DNA of 64,000 nucleotides from Magnetospiraceae bacterium (GCA_049605255.1 JBMYUJ010000010.1:2199-66198), one strand, 5' to 3'; shown: positions 17,488 through 27,268, counted from the stretch's first letter. Translations and numbers: made by a program. The notes: generated by a model from the sequence alone, not told the origin.

Positions 17488-19230
17488 ATGAAATCGAACT
17501 ATCGGCTGCTTTTTGGCGCGACGGTATTGAGTGCCGCGCTTGGGTTGGCGATGGCACCTGTAAATGCCGCGGTAACCGAAGATGACGTTGCCAAAGATGC
17601 GACAATTACCAGCCAGATCGTCACCAACGGCATGGGCCGCGATGCACAGCGTTTCAGCCCGCTGGACCAAATCAACAAATCTACTGTGAAAAAACTGGTT
17701 CCCGCCTGGGCGTTCTCCTTCGGCGGTGAAAAGCAGCGGGGCCAGGAAGCCCAACCGCTGATCTATGATGGCGTGATGTATGTGACCGCGTCCTATTCGC
17801 GGGTCTTCGCCATCGACCTGGCGACCGGTGCCGAGCTCTGGCAATACGATGCGCGCCTGCCCGATGGCATCATGCCCTGCTGTGACGTGATCAACCGTGG
17901 CGGCGCCTTGTACGGCGACAATTTCTATTTCGGCACCTTGGATGCCAAGCTGGTCGCCTTGGACCGAAAGACGGGCAAGGTGAAATGGAAAAAGACCATG
18001 GGCGATTACAAGGCGGGTTACTCCTTCTCCGCCGCGCCCATGATCGTCAAGGGCCGGGTGATTACCGGCGTTTCCGGCGGTGAATTCGGCATTGTCGGCT
18101 CGGTGGATGCCTGGGATGCAGAAACCGGTGAACATGTCTGGCGCCGTCCGACCATTGAAGGCCATGTTGGTATGCTCAATGGTAAGGAAAGCACCATGAC
18201 CGGCACCAAGAATGCGACTTGGCCCGGTGATATGTGGCAGTTCGGGGGGGGCGCGACCTGGCTGGGTGGCACCTATGACGAAAGCACCGATACCATTATT
18301 TATGGCACCGGCAACCCGGCCCCTTGGAACTCGCACCTGCGCAAGGGCGATAACCTGTATGCGGCGTCTCGTATCGGTCTCAACCCCGATACCGGCGAGA
18401 TCAAATGGCACTACCAGACGACCCCCTGGGAAGGCTGGGATTTCGATGGTGTGAACGAGGTCGTGCCGTTTGAAATGGATGGCAAGAAGCTTGCCGCGAC
18501 CGCGGACCGGAACGGCTTTTTCTATGTTTTGGACCGCACAAATGGTACCCTTGTGAATGCGACGCCCTTCGTAAAACAGATTTCCTGGGCAAAGGAAATC
18601 GACCTGAAATCGGGCCGTCCCGTTTACATCGACGAAAACCGGGCAGGTGATCCGTCGGTCTCTTCCAAGGATGGCAAGGGCAAGGCGATCTTTGCCGTGC
18701 CGGCCTTCCTGGGCGCCAAGAACTGGATGCCCATGGCCTACAGCAAAAACACCGGCCTGTTCTACGTTCCGTCGAACGAATGGGGCATGGACCTGTGGAA
18801 CGAACCAGTCACCTATAAAAAGGGCGCGGCTTATCTGGGCGCGGGCTTCACCATTAAGCCGCTGTTCGAAGAGTATATTGGTTCCCTGAAAGCCATCGAT
18901 CCGAAAGATGGATCGGTTAAATGGGAACTGAAGAATAACGCACCGCTTTGGGCGGGCGTTATGACCACCGCCGGTGGACTGGTGTTCACGGGTAATCCGG
19001 AGGGCGAATTCCTCGCCTTGGACGATGAGTCCGGCGAGGTGCTGTGGAAGTTCCAGACCGGGTCTGGAATTGTGAGCCAACCCGTTACGTGGGATCAAGA
19101 TGGCGTACAATATGTCGCAGTGGTTTCCGGGTGGGGTGGTGCCGTTCCCCTGTGGGGCGGTGATGTTGCCAAGCGGGTTAAGTTCCTTAACCAAGGTGGA
19201 TCCGTTTGGGTGTTCAAACTCGCCAACTAA
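17488..19230 (+). CDS. pedH: PQQ-dependent alcohol dehydrogenase, lanthanide-dependent type (PedH/ExaF-like)
   Basis: Signal peptide; [14 protein letters not shown], vicinal [30 protein letters not shown] (D318-x-D320), W-motif propeller repeats. Confidence 0.9.
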   Translation: MKSNYRLLFGATVLSAALGLAMAPVNAAVTEDDVAKDATITSQIVTNGMGRDAQRFSPLDQINKSTVKKLVPAWAFSFGGEKQRGQEAQPLIYDGVMYVTASYSRVFAIDLATGAELWQYDARLPDGIMPCCDVINRGGALYGDNFYFGTLDAKLVALDRKTGKVKWKKTMGDYKAGYSFSAAPMIVKGRVITGVSGGEFGIVGSVDAWDAETGEHVWRRPTIEGHVGMLNGKESTMTGTKNATWPGDMWQFGGGATWLGGTYDESTDTIIYGTGNPAPWNSHLRKGDNLYAASRIGLNPDTGEIKWHYQTTPWEGWDFDGVNEVVPFEMDGKKLAATADRNGFFYVLDRTNGTLVNATPFVKQISWAKEIDLKSGRPVYIDENRAGDPSVSSKDGKGKAIFAVPAFLGAKNWMPMAYSKNTGLFYVPSNEWGMDLWNEPVTYKKGAAYLGAGFTIKPLFEEYIGSLKAIDPKDGSVKWELKNNAPLWAGVMTTAGGLVFTGNPEGEFLALDDESGEVLWKFQTGSGIVSQPVTWDQDGVQYVAVVSGWGGAVPLWGGDVAKRVKFLNQGGSVWVFKLAN

Positions 19231-19251
19231 CGGGCATGTCGAAAGTCCGAT

Positions 19252-19290
19252 ATGGGGGGAGGACATCCGATGGTTCTCCCCCATCTTTTT
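19252..19290 (+). terminator. Probable intrinsic terminator after PQQ-ADH
   Basis: ATGGGGGGAGG...TCTCCCCCAT stem followed by CTTTTT. Confidence 0.65.
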
Positions 19291-19362
19291 AAGAAAGCAA
19301 CGTGGGGCCCTCGAATGGACATTTCAGCAAACTGCCTGGGCGAAAGAGAGATTGGGGAAGGT

Positions 19363-20019
19363 ATGGCCAGAGTATTGATTGCCGAGGATCACCCACTGTT
19401 TCGGGATGCCCTCCACCAAGTGGTGGATGATTCCCTTGATAGCACCGATGTCGTCGAAGCGGGGACTTTGGCGGAAGCACAAGAAATCGTGGGGTCCGAT
19501 CCGGACCTGGATTTGATCTTGCTGGATATCGATTTGCCCGGCGCGGAAGGGTTTTCGGGCCTGATTTCGATCCGCAACCTGGCGCCATCCATTCCGGTGG
19601 TCGTGGTCACCGGATCGGCCAATAATTCGGCGCTGAAAAAAGCCTTGGCCTGTGGCGCCATGGGGTTCATTCCAAAATCACTGGCCCGCGAGCGCATGGT
19701 CGGCGCCATTCGCAGCGTGATCGAAGGCGAAATTTTCTCGCCGGATGCGGCGGACCTCAGCGTCTCTTCGGAGGAGCAGGGGGCGGATCCGGCGGCGCAG
19801 GACAAGGTGGCGACGCTGACCCAAGCGGAACTGCGCGTTTACGAATTGCTGGCGCAAGGCAAGCCGAACAAGATCATCGCCTACGAATTGGATATCAAGG
19901 AATCAACGGTGAAGGCGCATATCTCGTCCATCTTGCGGAAAATGGGTGTGTTCAGCCGGACCCAGGCCGTGTTGCTGGCCAACAAGATCGTGTTCGGGCC
20001 CGTGATGCCGCGCCATTAA
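19363..20019 (+). CDS. NarL/LuxR-family response regulator (ErbR/AgmR-like)
   Basis: IAEDHPLFR, LILLDIDLP (Asp intact), GFIPKS, LT..E..V..LLAQG..NK.IAYELDI.ESTVKAHIS HTH. Confidence 0.92.
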   Translation: MARVLIAEDHPLFRDALHQVVDDSLDSTDVVEAGTLAEAQEIVGSDPDLDLILLDIDLPGAEGFSGLISIRNLAPSIPVVVVTGSANNSALKKALACGAMGFIPKSLARERMVGAIRSVIEGEIFSPDAADLSVSSEEQGADPAAQDKVATLTQAELRVYELLAQGKPNKIIAYELDIKESTVKAHISSILRKMGVFSRTQAVLLANKIVFGPVMPRH

Positions 20020-20049
20020 GCGGCTTGGCCCGTTGATCTGCCGCGGCGT

Positions 20050-22293
20050 TTATTCCGGGCAGATATGGGCGATGAGCGAACGGAGGCGCGCCGGCCGCAA
20101 CGGTTTGCGCAACAGGTGGAAACCGGCCTCCTGAGAGCGCTGCAGCACATCGTCTGTCCGGTCAGCGGTAATCACCACCGTGGGAATGGGGCCGCCCAAA
20201 TAATCCGCCACAGCATGGGCGAGGCGAATACCGTCATCCCCATCATCCAAGTGATAATCCACCAATAAAACCTGCGGCGGCAGCGCTTCGCGTTGCAGCT
20301 TCTTGAACAGCTCCTTCTCCGTTCCCGCCACAATGGGGTGGCATTTCCATCCTGCCAGCAGGCTCTCCATGCCGCCGAGAATGGCCTTGTCATTGTCGAT
20401 AACAGCGATGCGGATATTTTCCATGGTCGGCCGTTGGGAAACCACCGGTGTCAGGACCGGGTCCGCGGCGACCTCAGGGCTGAGGGGGACGGTGATGAAG
20501 AACATGGAGCCCTGGCCCGGCTTGGAGACGACTCCGATGGGGTGTTGCAACATGCGGGCGATCCGCTCCACGATGGCCAGCCCCAGCCCCGCGCCTTTTT
20601 CGCCCTGTTTGATTCCCGTATCCAGTTGCCGGAATTCTTCGAAAATCTCGGCCACGCGATCTTGTGGAATACCCACGCCGGTATCCCACACTTGAATGTC
20701 CACCGCATCACCCCGGCGTCGGCATCCCACCAGAATCCGCCCCGCTTCGGTGTAGCGGGTGGCATTGACGATAAAATTGCGTAAAACACGGGTCAGCAGC
20801 CGGACATCAGAGCGAACATGCAAGGAGGTATCCACCAACTGAATCTTCAGCCCGTGGTGATGCGCCGCGGGTCGGAGCTCCAGCACCAACCGTTTCAACA
20901 GATCCTGCAAGTGAATCTGGGTTACTTCCGTCGGCACCACGCCCGCATCCAGCTTGGAAATATCCAGAAGGGCGTTCAGCACATCCTCGATGCTGCGCAT
21001 GGACCCGTCGATGCTATCCACCAAAACGCGGTTTTCAGAGGTATGCTTCCGTTCCGCCAGGGCAGTAATGAAAAGCCGCGCGGCGTTGATGGGCTGCAAT
21101 AGGTCATGGCTGGCGGCGGCAAGAAACTTGGTTTTACTGACATTCGCCTCTTCCGCGGCGTTTTTCGCCACCCGCAGGGCTTTTTCCACCTCGGTTCTTT
21201 CGACGATTTCCTGGCTGAGCTGTTGGTTCAATTCGGTCAGCTTCAAGGTGCGTTCCGCCACGCGCCGTTCCAGCGATACCTTGGCTTCTTGCAGGGCGAG
21301 GGCGGATTGCCGGGTTTGCGTAACGTCGGTATAGGTGTTGACGAAGCCACCATCGGGCATGGGGGCGCGGCGTACCTCCAAAATGGTGCCGGTGGGCCGC
21401 TGATATTCTAAGGTGAACCGGGAAAAAGTGAGGGCGCGGGCGAGGCGCTTTTCAACGGCCTCCCGATTGTCTTCCTGAAACTCACCGCGCTCGGCCAGGA
21501 AAGTAAGGATTTTTTCATAATGCATGCCCGCCTGAATGAACCAGTCGGGAAGATCCAAAAGCGCCTTGAAACGCTCGTTCCAAGCAACGAGGTTCAGGTT
21601 CGCGTCATACACCGACACCCCTTGCGAGAGATTGTCCAGCGTGGATTGCAGCAGAATGGATTTCTCCATCAGCTCCCGCTCCCGCCGTTCCTTTTCGCTG
21701 GTTTTGACCTCGGTGATATCCGTATAGAGACCGACCACGCCCCGGTCGGCGGTGGTGCGTTCGTTAATTTGCAGCCAGCGCCCATTACTGAGCTTGCAGG
21801 TGAAGGGGTCGCCGGGATTCTGGTGATGCAGCATGCGCTGGCGCAGCCATTCTTCCGGGTCGTCCTCGGCATCGGCGATCATGCCGCGCTCGACCGTCGC
21901 CCGCGATAGATCGGCGAACTCTACTCCCTCATAGAGATGCGCGCCGGCCTTGATCCAGAATTCCTTGAAGCGGGCATTCCACAGCACAAGCCGGTCATTA
22001 TAATCGAACAGGGCGAATCCTTCGGAAATGCTTTCGATGGCTTCACGCAAATGTTGTTGTGCCGTTTCCGCCTCACGCCGCGCGATTTCCAAGTCATGTA
22101 ATGCTGCTTCCAGCGCGCGGGTTCTTTCCTGCACCTTGTCTTCCAGCAGGATCGCTGCTTGGAACATGGAATAGGCGCTGCCCTGGACATCTGTTTTGCG
22201 TTCAACCTGGTCCATCAAGACCGAGACGATCTTGCCCAGCTTCTGGATTTTTTCTTCGGGGGTGCCTTTGACGCTCAGATGGGGAAGCGGCAT
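20050..22293 (-). CDS. Hybrid sensor histidine kinase with two PAS-like domains and receiver (NahK/ErcS-like)
   Basis: KTKFLAAASHDLLQP H-box, NATRYT, WDTGVGI, GAGLGL, C-terminal LLVDYHLD receiver; no TM segments. Confidence 0.92.
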   Translation of the reverse strand: MPLPHLSVKGTPEEKIQKLGKIVSVLMDQVERKTDVQGSAYSMFQAAILLEDKVQERTRALEAALHDLEIARREAETAQQHLREAIESISEGFALFDYNDRLVLWNARFKEFWIKAGAHLYEGVEFADLSRATVERGMIADAEDDPEEWLRQRMLHHQNPGDPFTCKLSNGRWLQINERTTADRGVVGLYTDITEVKTSEKERRERELMEKSILLQSTLDNLSQGVSVYDANLNLVAWNERFKALLDLPDWFIQAGMHYEKILTFLAERGEFQEDNREAVEKRLARALTFSRFTLEYQRPTGTILEVRRAPMPDGGFVNTYTDVTQTRQSALALQEAKVSLERRVAERTLKLTELNQQLSQEIVERTEVEKALRVAKNAAEEANVSKTKFLAAASHDLLQPINAARLFITALAERKHTSENRVLVDSIDGSMRSIEDVLNALLDISKLDAGVVPTEVTQIHLQDLLKRLVLELRPAAHHHGLKIQLVDTSLHVRSDVRLLTRVLRNFIVNATRYTEAGRILVGCRRRGDAVDIQVWDTGVGIPQDRVAEIFEEFRQLDTGIKQGEKGAGLGLAIVERIARMLQHPIGVVSKPGQGSMFFITVPLSPEVAADPVLTPVVSQRPTMENIRIAVIDNDKAILGGMESLLAGWKCHPIVAGTEKELFKKLQREALPPQVLLVDYHLDDGDDGIRLAHAVADYLGGPIPTVVITADRTDDVLQRSQEAGFHLLRKPLRPARLRSLIAHICPE

Positions 22294-22294
22294 G

Positions 22295-23461
22295 TCATTC
22301 CGCCGAGATCGCGGTTCGGCGCCCGATGGCGACGCCGGTCAAGGTTTGGTTCACATGCATGGAGTTGTATTGCTCCCCATAAGTATTGAACCCGATAAAA
22401 TTGTTGCTCTCAAACAGGGGGGCGAGTTCGCGCCGTAACTGTTTTCGTTCTAATTCTAAACTACGCAGCACGCAGTCACAACCAATGATCAAATCCGGAT
22501 GACCGATGGACTCATTCAGGTTGTCCATCAGGTTTTGAACACTTTGGGTGATATCCACGCCTTCTGCCACGGTCAGCACGACGCCGCAATCGATGGCGCA
22601 GAAAAAGGTTAGGCTGCCATCGGCGTTGACCTTTTGAATGGACCGAACGTGATCCTCCCCGCCGACGCGAACCACCACGGGGTGATTGGCAAAAACCATG
22701 GGGGTCAGCGCCGCATCCTCCAGACCCACCAAACGCGCATATTCATGGGCCGCCGGTTCCGCATTGATCTCCGTAACAATCCGATTGGCCGGATCCGCTT
22801 CGGTAACAACCATCTTCCGGCCCGTGCTCCGAAAATGCTGGCTGTTGAAAATGCGAAAGGGGTGTTCGGTGGAAACCAGGGTGAGGACGGCGCTCTCAGG
22901 ATGGAACTCCCCATCATGTAGCACGAAGGTTCGGTCAAAATGCATGCCGTCGCCCGCTGACCCGCCAAACAATTGAATGCCGCCCAAGGCCGGGTACAAC
23001 GTTGAGACCAATAGTTCCTCGCAGCGACACAGGCCATCAATCATCAGAAAGGCAAAGGTGTTCTCCGGGGTAGGGTCCACGCCCTGGGCTTTCAGTTCCT
23101 CCAACAGGGAAGACACGATCTCGCGCCCCGAGGTCAGGGTATAATGTGAAAGATCGGTGATCCGCGCCGACGCCGCGTTGAAATCGGGGCGGGCGAGGGA
23201 AAGGCCGGAAATACTGCCCTCGCTATAACCGTTTTGAGAGAGTTCCCCCGCCGTGGTGCAGCCCACCACTTTTGCCCCTTCGAAGGTCTCCGCCAAGGCT
23301 GATTTGAGATCGCATAAGGGATAATCGGGGGAACAGAACAAGACGACCATAGACATGTCCGCCTGGACCAACTGGTCATGCAGGTCTTTCACGGCCGCTT
23401 GCGGGTCGGCGAGACTGGTGACGGCTTGACGAATGCGGCTTTGCGCGTGTGGGGCGCCCAT
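22295..23461 (-). CDS. FIST N/C-domain sensor protein (NosP-like)
   Basis: LFCSPDY, VVGCTTAGE, LMIDGL, LFGGSAGD, EINAEPAA.EY, VRSIQ, GCDCVLR, GFNTYGEQ...HVNQT. Confidence 0.9.
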   Translation of the reverse strand: MGAPHAQSRIRQAVTSLADPQAAVKDLHDQLVQADMSMVVLFCSPDYPLCDLKSALAETFEGAKVVGCTTAGELSQNGYSEGSISGLSLARPDFNAASARITDLSHYTLTSGREIVSSLLEELKAQGVDPTPENTFAFLMIDGLCRCEELLVSTLYPALGGIQLFGGSAGDGMHFDRTFVLHDGEFHPESAVLTLVSTEHPFRIFNSQHFRSTGRKMVVTEADPANRIVTEINAEPAAHEYARLVGLEDAALTPMVFANHPVVVRVGGEDHVRSIQKVNADGSLTFFCAIDCGVVLTVAEGVDITQSVQNLMDNLNESIGHPDLIIGCDCVLRSLELERKQLRRELAPLFESNNFIGFNTYGEQYNSMHVNQTLTGVAIGRRTAISAE

Positions 23462-23838
23462 GGAACGCTATGATGCCTCTGACCTGTTGCGTCTGAATGA
23501 AATGTTCCTGCCGAGATCGCAGGCGGGCTCTTGACTGGCCCTTTGATGGTGCGCGATCCCACGCTAACAACAGGGGAATTCTCTCACCCCGGCGTCATTT
23601 TTACAAGTTATTGAACGTTATTTGACAGCATTTACGTTAAATGTGGGGAATGGAGATCGCGCCCGGAAATAACCCTTATGGAGGGGCCTGGGCGAAAGGA
23701 GGGATGCCCTGATCGATCCCGGGCAAGATCAATTGTTTTTCCAAAGGGGGATGAACACTAAGACTAAGACAATCGAAGGGTTTATATATAATTGTTGTTT
23801 ATAACCCCATTTGCTGCGGGTATAAATCGGGAAAAATC

Positions 23839-24273
23839 ATGGAAAAGTTGCAATGGGACCAAAAACTCGAGCTTGGAAACGAGGAGATCGATCTGCAACA
23901 CCATTATTTCGTCGATCTCATTAATCGAATAATTAAGCTGGCAGAGGAGGGGTGCGATAAATTTACGCTGTCGCGCACCTTGGAAGAGTTGTTTCGTTAC
24001 GCCCGTTTTCATTTCTACAGCGAAGAAAATATTTACCGAACCTTACAAGTCCCTGGGCACATCTTGCAGACCCATCAGCATTTGCATGAACGGTTGTTAG
24101 AGGTCCTGAAAAACAAGATGCAGGCCGTATATAGCCATGGCTATGACACCCATGAATTGCTGGAATTCGCAATCCATTGGTTTTTGCATCATTCCCAGGT
24201 GGATGACAAATTCGTGTTGGACAACTGCGCCCTGCGGCCCGATGGCACGCCGCGAGAGACCGAGGGCGACTGA
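23839..24273 (+). CDS. Bacteriohemerythrin (single domain)
   Basis: W....ELG.EEID.QH, HFYSEE, HQHLH, WFLHHSQVDD: full di-iron ligand set. Confidence 0.9.
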   Translation: MEKLQWDQKLELGNEEIDLQHHYFVDLINRIIKLAEEGCDKFTLSRTLEELFRYARFHFYSEENIYRTLQVPGHILQTHQHLHERLLEVLKNKMQAVYSHGYDTHELLEFAIHWFLHHSQVDDKFVLDNCALRPDGTPRETEGD

Positions 24274-24283
24274 TTCCTCGCTG

Positions 24284-26083
24284 TTAGGCGGCGTAGGTTA
24301 ACGCCGCGTCCAGATCCGCGATTAAATCTTCGACATTTTCGAGCCCGATGGACAGGCGCAGCACGCCCTCGCTCACCCCGGCGGCATCGCGCTGTTCCTG
24401 TGTCAACTGACGGTGTGTGGTGGAGGCGGGATGCAGAATCAGCGACCGGGTGTCGCCGATATTGGCGAGGTGCGAAAAGATATTACACCCGGCGACAACC
24501 GCTTTTCCGGCCTCGTATCCGCCCTCGACCTCGAAGGTGAAGACCGACCCCGCGCCGGCAGGCAGGTATTTTTGCGCCAGGGCGTGCCAGGGGCTTTCCG
24601 GCAACCCCGCATGGGAGACGCTTTTCACTTTCGGATGCTTGGCGAGGAAAGCCACAACCTGAGCGGCGTTGGCCACATGACGCTCCATGCGCAGGGGCAG
24701 GGTTTCGATGCCAGTCAGGGTTAAGAAGGCATTTAGAGGGGCCATGGTCGGACCCAGGTCGCGCAACCCCACCGCATGGCCGTAATTGGTATAGGCCAGG
24801 TCTCCGAAACTCTCCCAAAAGGAAATGCCGTGATAGGCGGGTTCCGGTTCCACCAGGGCCGGAAAGCCGCGCCCCCTGCCCCAATCAAAGCGTCCGCTGT
24901 CAATCACCGCGCCGCCCATGGCGTTGGCATGGCCGGAAAGAAACTTGGTGGTGGAATGCACGATAATATCCGCCCCATGGTCGAAGGGTTTGCACAGCAC
25001 CGGCGTGGCCATGGTGTTATCGACGATGAAGGGGATTCCCGCCGCATGGGCGAGCTCCGCCAGGGGTTCCAGGTCGCTCACGACCCCGCCAGGATTGGCC
25101 AGGCTCTCGACGAACAGGGCCCGTACATCTTCTTGCGCCACCGCATCGCGGACGGCGTCCAAGTCATCCACATCCACGAAGCTGGCCTGCCAACCGAATT
25201 TTTTGAAGGTATGCCCGAACTGGGTGACCGATCCGCCATAAAGCCGGTTCGCCGCCACCAGACGGGTGCCCGGGCCCATCAGCGGCAACAAGGCGATGAT
25301 TTGCGCCGCATGCCCCGAGGCGCAGCAGGTGGTGCCGCGCCCACCTTCCAAGGCGGCGAGTTTCTGCTCCAGGGCCGCATTGGTCGGGTTGGACAATCGC
25401 CCGTAGATATTTCCCGGTGTTTGCAGATTAAACAGGGATGCCGCGTGATCCGCATCATCGAACACGAAACTGGTGGATTGGACGATGGGCACGGTGCGAG
25501 CGCCACTATTTGGGTCCGGCGCTGCGCCTGCGTGGATAGCCAGCGTCTCGAGATTCGTGGATTGGAAAAAGCCCCCGGCGCGGGCCGGTGCAGGCGGGCG
25601 CTTTACCGGTCGACGGCGGGAGGTCAGAAGTTTCGAATCAAAGCCGATCAAGCCCAATGAGCCACTGAGACGTGAATGCTCGATCTTTGGGCAATGGTTC
25701 ATGATCACTGTCAAGCCCGCCGCTTCGCCAATCTTTGCGGCTTCCTCGCTCACGATGGCGAGCTGCAACCAAAGGGTTTTGGCGCCGATGGCGATGGCCT
25801 GGCGGGCGAGATCCGGGGCTTCCTTGGCGGGGCGGAAAACGTCCACCATATCCACGCTGTCGGGGATATCCGCAAGGGTTGCATAAGTGTTTTCACCCAG
25901 GATTTTCTTGCCCGCGAACCCGGGGTTGACGGGGATCACCCGATAGCCTGCCTCTTGCAGATATTTCATCACGAAATTAGAGGGCCGTTTCCAATTGCCG
26001 CTGGCCCCGACTATGGCGATGGTTTTCGTGCGCGCGAGAATATCGGCGATCTGTTCATCCAAATTCGCTGTTTCAGCAGCCAT
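24284..26083 (-). CDS. metY: Fusion: CoA-binding (YccU-like) domain + O-acetylhomoserine sulfhydrylase
   Basis: N-term IAIVGAS....RPS..V..YL...GY.VIPVNP, VDVFRP, WLQL, CPKIE; C-term IYGRLSNPT, DNTMATP, HSTTKFLSGH (PLP Lys), HLANIGD, HPASTTHRQL, RLSIGLE; AGGAG RBS before ATG 26083. Confidence 0.88.
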   Translation of the reverse strand: MAAETANLDEQIADILARTKTIAIVGASGNWKRPSNFVMKYLQEAGYRVIPVNPGFAGKKILGENTYATLADIPDSVDMVDVFRPAKEAPDLARQAIAIGAKTLWLQLAIVSEEAAKIGEAAGLTVIMNHCPKIEHSRLSGSLGLIGFDSKLLTSRRRPVKRPPAPARAGGFFQSTNLETLAIHAGAAPDPNSGARTVPIVQSTSFVFDDADHAASLFNLQTPGNIYGRLSNPTNAALEQKLAALEGGRGTTCCASGHAAQIIALLPLMGPGTRLVAANRLYGGSVTQFGHTFKKFGWQASFVDVDDLDAVRDAVAQEDVRALFVESLANPGGVVSDLEPLAELAHAAGIPFIVDNTMATPVLCKPFDHGADIIVHSTTKFLSGHANAMGGAVIDSGRFDWGRGRGFPALVEPEPAYHGISFWESFGDLAYTNYGHAVGLRDLGPTMAPLNAFLTLTGIETLPLRMERHVANAAQVVAFLAKHPKVKSVSHAGLPESPWHALAQKYLPAGAGSVFTFEVEGGYEAGKAVVAGCNIFSHLANIGDTRSLILHPASTTHRQLTQEQRDAAGVSEGVLRLSIGLENVEDLIADLDAALTYAA

Positions 26084-26373
26084 GTCTCGCAACTCCTAAC
26101 TGTTGTCGGGGGGAAACGGCGGGAAAATCAGGCTGACACTTACCCTTCTCCATCGCCGTGTGCAAGGAGAAGCCAGAGCCAGGGAGGAACAGAGGTGAAA
26201 ACAGACGGAACATCGGAATTATTCTCGAGGTCTGGTCAAATGGTCCAATCAGGTCGATCGCGCTTTAGGTCACAGCGGTGGCAAGCCAGAAGCATCGAAA
26301 TGGTCCAACCCAAATTAGGGCGGGTTGCCGTGTATTGGCAATACAGGATAACCGAAATACGAGTAAGCCATGC

Positions 26374-26467
26374 CTAATGTTTTATTAATTCCCTTTTTGT
26401 AAAATAATTCCAATGTCGCTCCTGCGAAAAAAACAGTGGTTTACAGGTGCGTTAGCAACAAATTAAC
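26374..26467. promoter_or_regulatory. Two near-consensus CtrA boxes (TTAA-N7-TTAA)
   Basis: CTAA-TGTTTTA-TTAA at 26374-26388 and TTAG-CAACAAA-TTAAC at 26452-26467, one mismatch each. Confidence 0.5.
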
Positions 26468-26532
26468 ATGCATCAAGTTGAAATATTTCAGAAGTCCCTA
26501 TAGTTGTGCGGGATAATCTGGTAGCTACATAA

Positions 26533-27102
26533 ATGAATCGCACCCCACGGTATCTAGAACAATTTTCCCTATTGGTTGTCGAGCCCAACCCCTTCATGCG
26601 GTCGGTGATGAAGGCCGTGTTGAAGGCTTTTGGAGCGCGGGACATCAAGGAGGCGCCGGATGGCTCGGCGGCGCTTGGCCTTTTACAAACCAACAAGATC
26701 GACATCCTGTTTTCGGAAAAGGAAATGCAACCATTGGACGGGGTGGAGATGACCCGGGTCATCCGCACCGCCAAGGATGTGCGCGATAACATGGTCCCCA
26801 TTGTCATGGTGTCCGCCTATTCCGAGCTTTACAATGTGCTGGAAGCGCGGGATGCCGGGATTACGGAGTTTGTTCGCAAGCCTTTTTCCGCGACCGATTT
26901 GTTTTCCCGCATTAATGAGGTGATCGAGCGACCGCGCATTTTTGTCAAATCCCCGCGGTATACGGGCCCAGACCGGCGGCGCCGAGTTCGCCCAGATGAG
27001 GTTGATGTGGAACGGCGGGCCCAAGTTGAGGTTGTCGATTCCGACGAATTGTCGCAAGACCAAGTCAACGAATTGATCGCCCCTTCGGGTCGCCCAGCTT
27101 GA
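26533..27102 (+). CDS. CheY-like receiver with arginine-rich tail (Cle-type), phosphoacceptor Asp replaced by Glu
   Basis: LLVVEPN, IDILFSEKEM, PIVMVSA, ARDAG..EF..KPF, YTGPDRRRR. Confidence 0.85.
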   Translation: MNRTPRYLEQFSLLVVEPNPFMRSVMKAVLKAFGARDIKEAPDGSAALGLLQTNKIDILFSEKEMQPLDGVEMTRVIRTAKDVRDNMVPIVMVSAYSELYNVLEARDAGITEFVRKPFSATDLFSRINEVIERPRIFVKSPRYTGPDRRRRVRPDEVDVERRAQVEVVDSDELSQDQVNELIAPSGRPA

Positions 27103-27268
27103 TTGAGGGCCTGGCATTTCCTAAATATTCTCCGGCTATTCTTCCCAAGATTTTTTTTAAATTTGAATAATCGCCACAAGACCTAGGGCGTAAATGAGAA
27201 TTCATTAACTCATTTCTTGCGTAAATCGGTTATAAATAGAAATAATTCGGTTCGCAGGAGAAAGACAG

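Noticed and set aside
19235..19250. Possible ninth copy of the cluster box (CATGTC-GAAA-GTCCGA) before the LuxR gene
   Set aside because: Poor match in both half-sites, abuts the ADH terminator hairpin and has no -10 hexamer at 23-24 nt
17236..19284. 682-aa antisense ORF opposite the PQQ-ADH (and similar long shadow ORFs opposite aorB, hypE, ccp, purM)
   Set aside because: No recognisable motifs; expected consequence of high-GC codon bias on the coding strand
26084..26370. SAM riboswitch upstream of the metY fusion
   Set aside because: No SAM-II or SAM-SAH consensus recognisable by eye; an Rfam/Infernal scan would be needed
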